The notes: a model not told the origin generated them from the sequence alone. Positions 36,330-48,409 are shown, numbered from the stretch's first letter. The stretch is DNA of 64,000 bases from Octopus sinensis (GCF_006345805.1 NC_043003.1:90768001-90832000); one strand, 5' to 3'. Translations and numbers: made by a program.

Positions 36330-36770
36330 GAGGTGCTGATCTGTAATAGTAGAGGGAACGTGTGGAAGGGGTAGACCTAGGAAGACCTGGGATGAAGTGG
36401 TGAGAAAGGATCTACAGATGCTGGGACTCACAGAGGGGGTGACAGGGAACTGAGTCTCCTGGCAGTTGGCTATGCTTGAAAAGATACGTCAAGCTAAGCA
36501 AAAGTATGGTTGCCCTTGCATACAGGCTCAGCCCATGCAACCCTCTCCAGCTGAACATCCCTAATCTTGTAGGCTCATAGGTGCTGGTGCCATGTAAAAA
36601 GCACTTGTGCTGGAGCAGCACCCAGTACACTCTGTAAAGCAGTTGGTGTTAGAAAGAGCATCCAACCATACCAAAAACAGACATGGAACCTGAACTGCCC
36701 TTCAGCTGGTCAGCTCCTGTCAGACTGTCCAACCCATGCCTGCATGGAAAATGAACATCAAATAATGATG
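36330..36770 (+). mobile_element. RTE 3' fragment
   Basis: GTCGRGRPRKTWDEVVRKDL, then 3' UTR and (gat)n-like tail. Confidence 0.8.
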
Positions 36771-36789
36771 ATGGTGATATTTACATCAG

Positions 36790-37260
36790 TAAGGTTGATA
36801 ACCTCTGTGACAGTTCTTATTTTTTCTTCTTACCTAAACAACAATATTCAGCCTCTTATGTTTGCACTTGGTAGAAGATTAATATTCTTTGTACATATGT
36901 TTGCACTTGGTAGAAGATTAATATTCTTTGTACATATTCAGTCGCTGGGCGATTTTCTGTATTTATCCCAAGACAGGTTTGATGGCCTTGTATATTGTTT
37001 TAGCAACACCATGTCACATTGGTAGATAGTACCTTGATGACATTTCAGGGTATCTGCTAATCACATAAGTTATGCTTTCCACAGAAATGTAACCTAATCA
37101 ACATTTTTGGTTGTATTTGGATTCCAAGGGCTTCTGTATTCTAAGGAATCCAATTGCAGCTATGTTTTGAGCTAGGACTTTTTCCTGTAGTACCATTAAT
37201 TTTATATTGCCCTTGTTCAACAAGCCTGTGATAGCACCTTGCCCTTGTTCCTTCCTCATC
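36790..37260 (-). mobile_element. Decayed R4/Dong-type fragment (CCHC/RHD region)
   Basis: Minus-strand VISRYPEMSSRYYLPM*HGVAKTIYKAI; contains a perfect 39-bp tandem duplication at 36858-36935. Confidence 0.5.
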
Positions 37261-37476
37261 TATCTGTCATGTTTGTTATATTTATAGTTTCTTTCTATAT
37301 TGATTTCCAGCAGCTTTCAACTTATTCATATGTTGTTGCATATTTTACAGACATTTATATATCACTGCATACATTCATGTGTGTGTGTATGTGTGTATAT
37401 ATATATTTATGTAGAAATCCATATATATATAGCATAATTAAATCTCAGAATGAGATTGAAACAGTAATCGCTCGAT

Positions 37477-37893
37477 AATGTAAAGTATAGAAGCCATCTT
37501 ATCATGGCTAACCACATTGGGGAGGGGGTGTTACTGTAGCTTTATAGCCCCAAGAGATCTTCGTCTCTAGCTGGCTTTAGACACAATATCTGTGTCCTTG
37601 GAGTATTTGCAAAGGGAGGCCATCCCTTCCTCGCAAGCCTGAGTGATCGCTTCTCTTTCATCGCTACCTGGTGGTTACCGCCCATTGACGAGGGACAAAA
37701 ATCCCGAAACTAGTTCGAGCGTATCACTCAGGCTTGCGAGGAAGGGATGGCCTCCCTTTGCAAATACTCCAAGGACACAGATATTGTGTCTAAAGCCAGC
37801 TAGAGACGAAGATCTCTTGGGGCTATAAAGCTACAGTAATACCCCCTCCCCAATGTGGTTAGCCATGATAAGATAGCTTCTATACTTTACATT
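37477..37893. repeat. 171-bp near-perfect inverted repeat with 75-nt spacer
   Basis: Arms 37477-37647 and 37723-37893; two mismatches seen by eye. Confidence 0.95.
37679..37721 (+). ncRNA. Hammerhead-like motif in the inverted-repeat spacer
   Basis: cgccca UUGACGA ggga caaaaa tccc GAAA ctag U U cgagcg; C3 is U and helix I pairs at 4 of 6 positions. Confidence 0.55.
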
Positions 37894-37914
37894 TATATAT
37901 ATATATATATCAAC

Positions 37915-38340
37915 ATCATCATCATCATCATCATCATCATCATTTAACGTCTGTTTTTCATGCTGGCATGGGTTGGATGGTTTGACAGGAACTGACCAGT
38001 TGAAGATTTATTCAGGATCCATGTCTGTTTTAGTATGGTTTCTCTGGTTGGATGCCTTTCCTAATGCCAACCACTTTACAGAGTGTACTGGGTGCCTTTA
38101 CATAGCACCAGCATGGGTGCTTTTTACATGTCACCAGCACCTACAAGCCTGTAAGATTAGGGATGCTCTGCTAGAGAGGGTTGCAGGGGACGAGTTTGTA
38201 TGCAAGGGCAACCATGCTTTTCTTAGCTTGACATGTCCTTTGAAGCATAACAAACCAGCAGGAGTTTTGGTTCTCTGTCATCCCCTCTGTTGATCCTTTC
38301 TCACCACTGAGTCCCACGTCTTCCTGGGTCTACCCCTTCG
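37915..38340 (-). mobile_element. RTE 3' fragment
   Basis: (cat)n tail through cctgggtctacccc. Confidence 0.75.
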
Positions 38341-38849
38341 ACAATTAGAGATTGCATCTTGATGCAGCATCTCTAGGGATTACCAGGTAGTTAAGAAGTT
38401 TGCTTCCCAACCACATGGTTTCAGCTTCAGTTCCATTGTATGGTACTTCAAATTTTGGAAAAGTATATTCTGCTATAACCTCCGGCTGACCAAAGAGTTG
38501 TGAAGGAATTTGGTAGAGAGTAATAAAAGAAGTCCATTGTATATGTGTGTGTGATGCGTATGCCACAGATGTAAACAAGTGTCACTATTATAAAGGTGGA
38601 GTCATTAATTTTGGATTCCATGAAAACATATCTGGCCACGGGAAAATATTACCACCCTTAGAAACATGTGAGTAATGGTAACAGAAAGGGAATACTAGCA
38701 TAAAAAATCTGCTTTGACAAATTCCATCTTGCTCATGCAAGCAGAAAACTGGACGTTCAAATGGTGAAGTTAAATATGTATGTGTGTATATGTACACACA
38801 CACACAAATATATGAATATATGTCTGTATATGTATATATATGGTGGTGG

Positions 38850-41575
38850 AACAATGTTGTTGACAGGGCTATTAGACAAAAGGCTTGGAAGGACTGGAAG
38901 AACGGTGGTAGCAGGGAATTGTTCAGACTGCCAGAAGGGAAGCTAGGAGGCAGGTTTATTTAGCCCAAGGGAAAGCAGATAAGAAAAAATTTGCCAATGT
39001 TCTGCGCCGTGAGGACGAAAGACTTGAAGTATTTTGTGTTGCAAGACAGTGCGTGAGAGAGAATCATGATGTGGTAGGAGAGAAATGTGTCCACATGGAT
39101 GATGGTTCACTTGCACTAAACAAGGCTGCAAAGAGAGAGGTTTGGAGACGCCACTATGAAAGGTTGCTTAATAAAAAAAATGAATGGGAGAAAGAGAGTC
39201 TGCAAAATGTCGACCCAACAGAGGGACCAGCTATCGGAGTTGACAGTTCCTTGGTAGTTAAGGCAATTAGAAGCATGAAGACAGGGAAAGCCTCAGGCCC
39301 ATCAGGAATTACTGCAGAGATGCTCAAAATATCTGGCAGTGTTGGTTATAGCCTAGTCACCCGTATAGTTAACCAGGTGATACACGAAGGAGTCATACCC
39401 AATGACTGGTGTAGCAGCATAATAGTCAACTGCTACAAAGGTAAAGGTGACGTTTTAGATACAAATAATTACAGAGGTATCAAGCTGTTGGATCAGGTAA
39501 TGAAGGTTATGGAGAGGGTCATAGCCCAACTGATTAGGGAGAGAGTCAGCTTGGATGAGATGCAGTTTGGTTTTGTGTCAGGGAAAAGCACCACTGATGC
39601 TATATTTCTGGTAAGACAGCTGCAGGAGAAATACCTAGCCAAGGATAAGCCCCTGTACCTGGCTTTTGTTGACATGGAGAAAGCCTTTGACAGGGTCCCC
39701 TGATTCCTTACCTAGTGGTCAATGTGGAAACTTGGGATAGATGAGTGGTTGGTGAGAGCTGTACAAGCCATGTTCAGGGATACTGTCAGTAAGGTGAGGG
39801 TTGGCAATGAGTACACTGAAGAATTCGGGGTAGAGGTAGGGGTCCACCAAGGTTCAGTCCTCAGTGCCTTCCTATTTATCATAGTCCTCCAGGCAATAAT
39901 GAAGGAATTCAAGACAGGATGCCCCTGGGAGTTCCTCTATGCTGACGACCTTGCTCTAATTTCTGAGTCACTATCAGAACTAGAGGCGAAGTTTCAAGTG
40001 TGGAAACAAGGATTAGAATCGAAGAACCTCAGAATCAACCTAGCTAAAATCAAAATTGTAATATGTAGGAAGGCAGGCAAACCACAAATCCCTTCAGGTA
40101 GATGGCCCTGCTCAATCTGTAGTAGAGGCATAGGTAGAAACTCTATAAGATGTACCCAGTGTAAGCTATGGATACATAAGAGGTGCAGTAATATCAAAGG
40201 AAGGCTAACTGGGAAGATAGTTTTTGTATGTGGCAGATGCTCGGGAGCAATAAACACTGAAAATGTGCAGAGAACAACTTCTGCCACATTCCAGGGAGAA
40301 ACACTAGAAGAAGTTGATAGCTTCCATTACCTAGGTGACCAGGTCAGTAGCAGGGGAAGGTGCGCTGAAAGTGTAGCTGCTAGAATAAGAATAGCCTGGG
40401 CAAAGTTCAGAGAGCTCTTACCTCTGCTGGTGACAAAGGGCCTCTTGCTCAGAATAAAAGGTAGACTGTATGACACATGTGTACGAACAGCCATGCTACA
40501 TGGCAGTGAAACATGGGCCGTGACTGTTGAGGACATGCATAAGCTCACAAGGAATGAAGCCAGTATGATCCGATGGATGTGTAATGTCAGTGTTCATACT
40601 CGACAGAATGTAAGTACCTTGAGGGAAAAGTTGGACCTAAGAAGCATCACATGTGGTGTGCAAGAGAGATGACTGCACTTTTATGGTCATGTGGCAAGAA
40701 TGGATGAGGACAGTTGTATGAAAAAGTGCCACACCCTAGCAGTTGAGGGAACCTGTGGAAGAGGTAGACCCAGGAAGACCTGGATGAAGTGGTGAAGCAC
40801 GACCTTTGAACTTTGGGCCTCACCAAGGAAATGACTAGTCACCGAGACCTTTGGAAATATGCCGTGTGTGAGAAGACCCGGCAAGCCAAATGAAACCATA
40901 ATCTCATGGCCTATACCAGGGGCGTAACCAGCCCACTTATGCGTACCTTTTCTTGCTTTGGACACTAAAACTATGCTTGCGAAGACCTGTTGAGCCAAGT
41001 GAAATCAATCAAAATCAAAACCAAAATCAAATTCGATGACTGGCGTCTGCACTAGCAGGGTGCAAAGAGCACCATACGAGTGTGATCATTGACAGAGCAG
41101 CTAACTGGCTTCCATGCCAGTGGCACTTCAAAGGCACCATTCGAGCATCATTGTTACCAGCGTCACCTTACTGGCACTTGTGCCCACGCTAGTAGGGTGC
41201 CAAGAGCACCATCTGAGTGTGATTGTTGCCAGAGCAACCAACTGGCTTCCGTGCCAGTGGCACGTAAAAGGGCACCATTCGAGCGTGATCGTTACCAACG
41301 TCACCTTCCTGGCACCTGTGCCAGTGGCATGTGTAAAAGATTCGAGCAAGGTCGTTGCCAGTACCGCCTGACTGGCCCGTGCCGGCAGCACATAAAAAGC
41401 ACCCACTACACTCTTGGAGTGGTTGACATTAGGAAGGGCATCTAGCTGTAGAAACTCTGCCAAATCAAGATTGGAGCCTGGTGCAGCCATCTGGTTTGCC
41501 AGCCCACAGTCAAAATTGTCCAACCCATGCTAGCATGGAAAGTGGACGTTAAACGATGATGATGATGATGATGAT
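38850..41575 (+). mobile_element. RTE-type LINE, 5'-truncated, near-intact RT with PHD-like finger
   Basis: ORFs 39053..39703 and 39722..40672 (KASGPSGIT, QFGFVSGKSTTDAIF, DMEKAFDRVP, QGSVLS, LYADDL, HYLGD, HGSETW); 3' UTR ends gttaaac(gat)n. Confidence 0.95.
39053..40672 (+). pseudogene. Reverse transcriptase pseudogene of the RTE element
   Basis: Two in-frame ORFs broken by stops at about 39701-39715; further stop at 40670. Confidence 0.9.
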
Positions 41576-41615
41576 GATATATATGTATACACACACACAC
41601 ACACACACACATATA

Positions 41616-41844
41616 CAGGGTGGCCCAAAAGTAGGTTTACAATCATTCAACTTTCTCACATTTATATATTAACAGTTTAGAACTGAATTATAAAAAAAAC
41701 ATATGAAACCATTATTCAATGCTAATTTAGTTAATATTGTCAAAATTTCAGTTTGAAAAATAGAAATTTAAATTCAATAAAATGTTTTAAAAGAAATTTA
41801 AAGTGCCTACATGATAACTGTAAACCTACTTTTGGGCCACCCTG
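41616..41844. mobile_element. Tc1/mariner MITE
   Basis: Perfect 26-bp TIRs cagggtggcccaaaagtaggtttaca; TA TSD. Confidence 0.92.
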
Positions 41845-41888
41845 TATGTATACGTTCATGTATGAATTAAAAGTAGCTCAAGAGATAG

Positions 41889-42044
41889 AAACAATATTGA
41901 ACACTCATACACAAGGTGTGTTTTGCTAGTTTGTGGGGTGGCTGTGCTTATGGGTAAAAGAGGATATATTCTCTTATACGTATAAATGCAGCTTACCCAC
42001 AAACTAGCAAAACACACCTTGTGTATGAGTGTTCAATATTGTTT
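41889..42044. repeat. Fold-back element with perfect 49-bp arms
   Basis: Arms 41889-41937 and 41996-42044; interior also imperfectly self-complementary. Confidence 0.92.
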
Positions 42045-42054
42045 ATATACATGT

Positions 42055-42796
42055 ATATCATCATCATCATTTAACGTCCGCTTTCCATGCTGGCATGGGT
42101 TGGGCGGTTTGGCTGAGGACTGGCAAGCCAGAGGCTGCACCAAACTCAATCTGATTTGGCAAAGTTTCTACAGCTTGATGCCCTTCCTAATACCAACCAC
42201 TTCGAGAGTGTAGTGGGTGCTTTTACATGCCACGTGCATGAGGGCCAGTCAGGTGGTTCTTGCAACAACCACGTTCAAAAGGTGTTTTTACATGCTAACT
42301 GCATGGGAGTCAGTCCGGCAGCACTGGCAACAACCATGCTCAAATGTTGTTTTTCATGTGCCACTGGCATATGTGCTGGTAAGGTGATGCTGGCAACAAT
42401 CACGCTTGAATGGTGCTTTTCACAAGTCACCGGCATGGGAGCCAATCCGTGACCCTGGCAACAATCATGCTCGGATGTGCTTTTAATGTTCCACTGGCAT
42501 GAGTGCCAATCAGGCAGCACTGTCATCGGCCACGTCAGAGATTTTGATTTGTTTACACTTGCCTCAATAGGTCTTTGCAAGCAAAGTTCATTGTCCAATG
42601 AATGAGGGGTACTCATAAGTGGGCTGGTTACACCCACTGGCATAAGCCATGGGCTATGGTCTCACTTGGCTTGTCAGGTCTTCTCAAGCACAGTATATCT
42701 CCAAAGGTCCCGGTCACTAGTCATTGCCTTGGTAAGGCCCAATGTTTGAAGGTCATGCTTCACCACCTCATCCCAGGTTTTCCTGGGTCTACCTCC
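42055..42796 (-). mobile_element. RTE 3' fragment
   Basis: Homologous to 12185-12680 and to the 3' part of 38850-41575. Confidence 0.85.
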
Positions 42797-42799
42797 GAG

Positions 42800-43065
42800 G
42801 CAAGGTTGTTTATGGAAGACCAGTGGTCACCCATACATACCAGCTTCCTCTCACCATGCCACCAATGTTATCCAAGGGGAAGGCAAATGTCAATACAGCT
42901 TTGCACTAGTGAAGTTGCAACTCATTTCTGCAGCTGAGTGAACTGGAGCAATGTGAAATAAAGTGTCTTGCTCAAGAACACAACACACAGCCTGGTCTTG
43001 GATTGAACTCACTATCTCATGATTGTGAGCTCAACGCTCCAACTACTGAGCCATGTGCCTTCACA
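42800..43065 (-). mobile_element. SINE family D
   Basis: Reverse of ggcacatggctcagtagttggag...gagttcaatcc...ttgagcaagacacttt. Confidence 0.75.
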
Positions 43066-43524
43066 TAAGTCTTGTGAATATATATATATAAAATGTGTTT
43101 GTATGTGTGCATATGTGTGTGTGTGTGTATGCATAGGCATACATATTTTATACATACACATACATTAAAGGCAATTTTTTTCTCACTGATCCAAAAGGCT
43201 AGTTTCTCTGAGGTAAACAGTTTTGGACTCTGCCTCTACCTGCCATTTATCTTTCTTCAAATTAATGCCACAAAAATTCAAATTTAAGTGTTTAAACATC
43301 TGAAATATACTACTGATAATCGACTACTGAGATATCATCTATGGATTTTATATATATATATATAACAGAAGAAAAAGAAAATGGAGATTGGAAAGTTAAT
43401 TATTGTTTATTATTAACAGCAAATTAATCATCTTAACTTACAGCTGTTTCAGTAAATATCAAATTTATATTTATATGACCTGAGTATAATATCTTCAGTG
43501 GGGAAAAAAATATACCCTTGGATG

Positions 43525-43572
<48 letters not shown>

Positions 43573-43996
43573 TTATTGTCCTCATTCTTTGGTGTTCTTT
43601 TTACCATGTTGGTATGGGCTGGACAGTTTGATAAGAATAGATGAGCCAGAGATATATATATTATACAAGTGTGTGTGCACACACATGCATTGGTGTGGGT
43701 GGGTGTAAATGTATCTTTGTATACTTCTAAACATTGACTGAGAGAGAGCTGTAGGGTATTTATGGATATCCTAACTAAATCAGAAAGCAAGTCTTATCTT
43801 TCAAGGGTTTTAAACAGTTGTTCATTGTGTAAATGTAAAACAGTCTGTTGTATGGAGTAAATACACCACATGCCATTTCTGATTAGATTCTTTGAGAAAG
43901 GGAGATTAACAGAAAGTGAATGAGAGAAAGAGAGAGAGAGAGAATTGGGGGAAGAGGGGCCTTGAGCAGAAAATTTGAGAGGAGTTTGTGTGTGCA

Positions 43997-44048
<52 letters not shown>

Positions 44049-44193
44049 AGAATGTGTGTGTTAACATACAATTTAGGGGTTTTAAAGAAATTGGTTAGAA
44101 ATGTTGATAGTGAAATCACATAATTTCTTGTAAACAATCTATGTAACATTAGAAATGTGTAGCATGTACATATACTTTACATAGCATAAAAAC

Positions 44194-44236
<43 letters not shown>

Positions 44237-45344
44237 AGATGAGAACAATCATATATGGGTGTGGTATGTTGGGTGTGTACCTCAGTTGCTATTACTGAAA
44301 TGCCTAAGATATCACCAGAAGGTTCAATCCAACTGTGTGTAACCTTTGAAAACTGTCTTCTCTTATAAAAACAGCCGACCAATGCCTTGTGAGTGGAATG
44401 GTAGACAACAACTGAATGGAAAAAACTCTGTGTGTGTGTGTGTGTGTGTGTAGCTATGTATCTCCTCTACAGCAAGACACCTGTTCTTGTCTCTCTTTCA
44501 TTCATGAACCTCTCAACACTTGGCACAAACCATCTTCTGCCATACTGGACACCACACTCTGTGAAGGAGGTAGGTCTTGTATTATGAGATACTTGGTGAC
44601 TTCACTAGTAGTGGTGCCATGAAAAAACCACCCAGTACACTCTGTTGACTGGGATTAGGAAGCATATATCCACCCATACAAAGCATACAAAAGAAAACAT
44701 TGGTGATCAACAGTACTCTGACTCATCCTGCCTAACTATCCAACCCATGCCAACATGGAATAGAGACATTAAACGATGATGATTGTGGTGGTGGCGGCGG
44801 CGGCGGCGGTGGTCATGATGATATACATGCATGTGGTGTCTCCAGTAATAACAGCTATTACTAGGGAGATAATCAATTCTTCATAGTATGAGATGGGATT
44901 AGAAATTTCAATTTGAAATAAGGAATAACAAGGAAAAAGATACATAGAATTCACGTATTTAATTTTATGTTTTGTTTACTTATTTTAAAGTTCTTACAAT
45001 TTGTAGTTGATGGCAATCTTGTATGACACTATCTCATTCTTTTTAGAAATTATCAGCATGATATAACCTGTAACTTGTTAATGAAACATTATTTTATGAA
45101 GTGAGACATTTCATCAATTATTAAAAAATTATAATATAAAGGAAATCCATGAAATGTTTTTTATCTTTTCTTTCGTCACAGAGCATTAGTAGTTTAAGAG
45201 TCAAGAGAAAAGAAAGAATGTCCTCCAAACAGGAAAAAGCTTTTTTCATATTATTTACTCACCATTACATGTGTTTCATTTGTTAATAGGAGTTACAAAA
45301 TTGTACATGTAGGAGAAACAAATGATATTATTTGATTCTTTCTT

Positions 45345-45550
45345 AAGGTGGCAAGCTGGCAGAATCCTTAGCACACTGGGCAAAATGCTTAGCAGCATTT
45401 TGTCTGTCTTTACATCCTGAGTTCAAATTCCTTTCATCTTTTTGAGGTCGATAAAATAAGTATCAGTTGAGTACTAGGGGTCAATATAATCAACTTACCC
45501 TCTCCCCCAAAACTGCTGGCTTTGTGCCAAAATTTGAAAACAATGTTATT
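45345..45550 (+). mobile_element. SINE family A
   Basis: ggtggcaagctggcagaatccttagc...ggctttgtgccaaaatttgaa. Confidence 0.85.
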
Positions 45551-46152
45551 TGATTCTCTGTCAGAAGAATTTGAACTCTTTTTGACCGATTGGACTCCTA
45601 CTATCAGAAACAACTACTACTACTGCTACAATTAGAAACATAACAAGTTGACGGTGACATCGAGATGTTTTTCCCCGTGTCTGAATCATACTGGTGACAC
45701 CAATGAAAAATCCCTTTCTTTTTTTTTCTTTTGCTGGGAGAAAAGAGAATTTACAGTAAAAACAAACCTTCAGCTCTCCCTCCAGTGTAAAAATTACTTT
45801 AAAAAATATTTTAAAAGGGAAAAACGTGAGAAAAAATAAAATGAAATTAACGAAAGACAAAAACATGAGCCTTCTCGCACAGAAACACATTTATTCACAT
45901 ATATACAAACATACGCACACGCAAATATTGAAGTACTAAATAGCACAACAAATAATATTTAACCGTGTGGAGCATTTTACATGCATATCAATATTCTAAA
46001 GTTGGACCTACTATTCCTTATCCTAAAGCTACTTACAGATAAAGAAGAAAAGTTCCTGACTCGTTTCACCGTCTACTTTCAATCTTTGATCGTGACTTGG
46101 CTCAACCCACACTTTCTCAGATTTTGTCTGCTGTTATCTACACCTACAAAGA

Positions 46153-46965
46153 TTGCAGCTGTTTTTGTTCCTGTTTTTAACTATCAGAATTATCCTAGAA
46201 CCCCTGGCAGCTATAAAAGATTGTTTTTGTCAACCATCTATCATGTTGTCCAAGCCTGGCTCAGCTACCTACAAATCGAAACTGAGATCGGCAAAAAGGG
46301 CTCGCTCTGCTGATCCTATTTTGGAAAATTCAGTTAATAAGGCGATCAGTGATATCAAACTTTCACATGAAGACCCTGAAATCAAGATTTCTCATCAAGA
46401 AGATAGTCTTACTAACAAACATCTCAACGAGCAATTGCTGTTGCTTAAACAAGAGGTCGAGCACCTTAAGTCTGTTGTTGCTGAGTTACAGAATAAACAA
46501 ACTGAATCCCATTCAAAGTCTCCTATTGACGCAGAGCCACCCGTGATTTCTTCCCTAAGGACTTCCAAACTGAAGGGATCAAAATCGAAGTGGTCAAAGA
46601 GGGCAAAAAAACCGGCGCTTGTTTCCACTCATGATCCTATCTGTACGGATTCTTCCTCATCTGCCGTTTCGATCCTGGAGGTTCCCCAACCTGAATTGAA
46701 GAGCATAGACTCAAACCTACCTGAAGACTGTTGTTCTCCCAAAAAGAAGAAATGTAGTCAAAACTCCAGTGGGGCAGATTTAGCTGCGAAACCTGCTCAA
46801 GATCAAATCTGTTTGGATTCTCCCTCACTTGTCCTTCCCATCAATGCCATTGCTCAACCAATTCTGAATGATCTTGATGTGAGTTCATTCTGGGGAGTGG
46901 TGCTCCTCCAAAACGAAGAAGAGGCAGTGCAGTTCCAAACCAGGTGGGAAAGTTATGACCACTAA
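46153..46965 (+). CDS. CR1 ORF1, N-terminal part (coiled coil), frameshifted downstream
   Basis: 270-aa ORF with heptad LNEQLLLLKQEVEHLKSVVAELQNK; the RLGR..IRVIF ORF1-type C-terminal motif lies in another frame (47194..47397); start codon unverified. Confidence 0.55.
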   Translation: MQLFLFLFLTIRIILEPLAAIKDCFCQPSIMLSKPGSATYKSKLRSAKRARSADPILENSVNKAISDIKLSHEDPEIKISHQEDSLTNKHLNEQLLLLKQEVEHLKSVVAELQNKQTESHSKSPIDAEPPVISSLRTSKLKGSKSKWSKRAKKPALVSTHDPICTDSSSSAVSILEVPQPELKSIDSNLPEDCCSPKKKKCSQNSSGADLAAKPAQDQICLDSPSLVLPINAIAQPILNDLDVSSFWGVVLLQNEEEAVQFQTRWESYDH

Positions 46966-47695
46966 ACCCATTCCAATCGACCCCAACGACCTACATAAGT
47001 CTGATGGCAATGAAACCGCCCTTTCTAATTTATCCGTTGAAGAATCGAATGCCGCAGTTCAAGTAGAGAACAGAACGACTATTTTGCCCACTCAAGATCA
47101 ACAATCATTTATGGTAAAGCTGAATCCACCGGTGATACAGGCATAAACCGCCTAAAAGATGACATAAACATTGTTTCCGTTTTAGTTGGAGAATTGTTCT
47201 CTGTCAATGAAAATGTCAGTATCCATAAGGTTGCTCGGCTAGGAAGATTCCAAGTGATCTCAACCCCAGACACTACACCACACCAAATAAGAGTAATCTT
47301 TTCTGCCGATCAGGAGGCTTCAACCTTTCTGAACAGAGCTCAGAAGCATGCCTGGGAGGACCCCAATATGGGTTTGTGCGAGGAATACTCACTGTGAGAG
47401 AGAATTCGTCGGAGAAACCTGATATCCGAGCTGAAGATGAGAAAACAGATGGGAGAGAAGGGTTTACGCATCCAAGATGGACAAATAATCAAGTCCTACC
47501 TCTGGTCACATGCTGTAGTGCTGACAGGGAAAGTGAATCGAGGGCAAATCAAAGTAAAGTAGATACGATGCTATCTCTGATACCCCTTATTCTGCTTGTT
47601 CCCTAATTCCTGCCCCTCAAACTTCACAGCTCAGCATCGTCTATACCAACTCGTGCTCCTTATTTCCAAAGTTCAGCGAATTATTTACACTGGCC

Positions 47696-48409
47696 ATGTG
47701 TGATTCCCCAGATGTGATATCTATCACCGAAACTTGGCTGACTCCAGCAGTAAAGGACTCGGAAATCCACCTACAGGGCTACGCCCTCTTCAGATGTGAC
47801 AGAGAAAAAAGGCGAGGTGGAGGTGTTGCTGTGTATGTTAAATCTGATCTCAAACCATCCAGCGGTATTCTACCCACTAATGCTCAACCTACAACAAAAT
47901 TCGATGCCGTCTATTGCAAGCTGAGCCTATCTGGGTTTTGTTTGCCCGTGTTAGCTGTCTACAGGCTGCCTCTTGCTGACCCCCAGGAAGATGCTCATTT
48001 ACTCGAAGCAATAAGATTCGTTTCATCTTCTCATGAATGTTTGATTTTAGGAGACTTCAACGCTCCCTCGATTGATTGGCCCGCATCAATTTGTACAACA
48101 TCTTCTCGGTTCGGCCAGGTGCTTCTTGATGTGGCTGAAGATTGTTTTCTATTGCAACATGTTGAATCTCTGACAAGGCATCGGTCTGGGCAGCAGCCAT
48201 CTATGCTGGACCTGGTATTCTCCCGCTATCCAAGATCAGTATCAGACTTATCTGTGTGCGCCCCTCTTGCCAAGAGTGATCACACGGTCCTGAAGTTCGA
48301 CATGCACACAACTTTTTCTACGCCCACGACTACTTCGCTGCCACGTAGAGTCTTCTCTGCAATCAATCTTGAAATTCTAACCGAGGCTTCTGCGCTTCTG
48401 GACTGGTGA
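47696..48409 (+). CDS. APE-type endonuclease domain of CR1 ORF2
   Basis: PDVISITETWL, RGGGVAVYVK, LILGDFNAPSIDW, LDLVF and SDH motifs. Confidence 0.85.
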   Translation: MCDSPDVISITETWLTPAVKDSEIHLQGYALFRCDREKRRGGGVAVYVKSDLKPSSGILPTNAQPTTKFDAVYCKLSLSGFCLPVLAVYRLPLADPQEDAHLLEAIRFVSSSHECLILGDFNAPSIDWPASICTTSSRFGQVLLDVAEDCFLLQHVESLTRHRSGQQPSMLDLVFSRYPRSVSDLSVCAPLAKSDHTVLKFDMHTTFSTPTTTSLPRRVFSAINLEILTEASALLDW

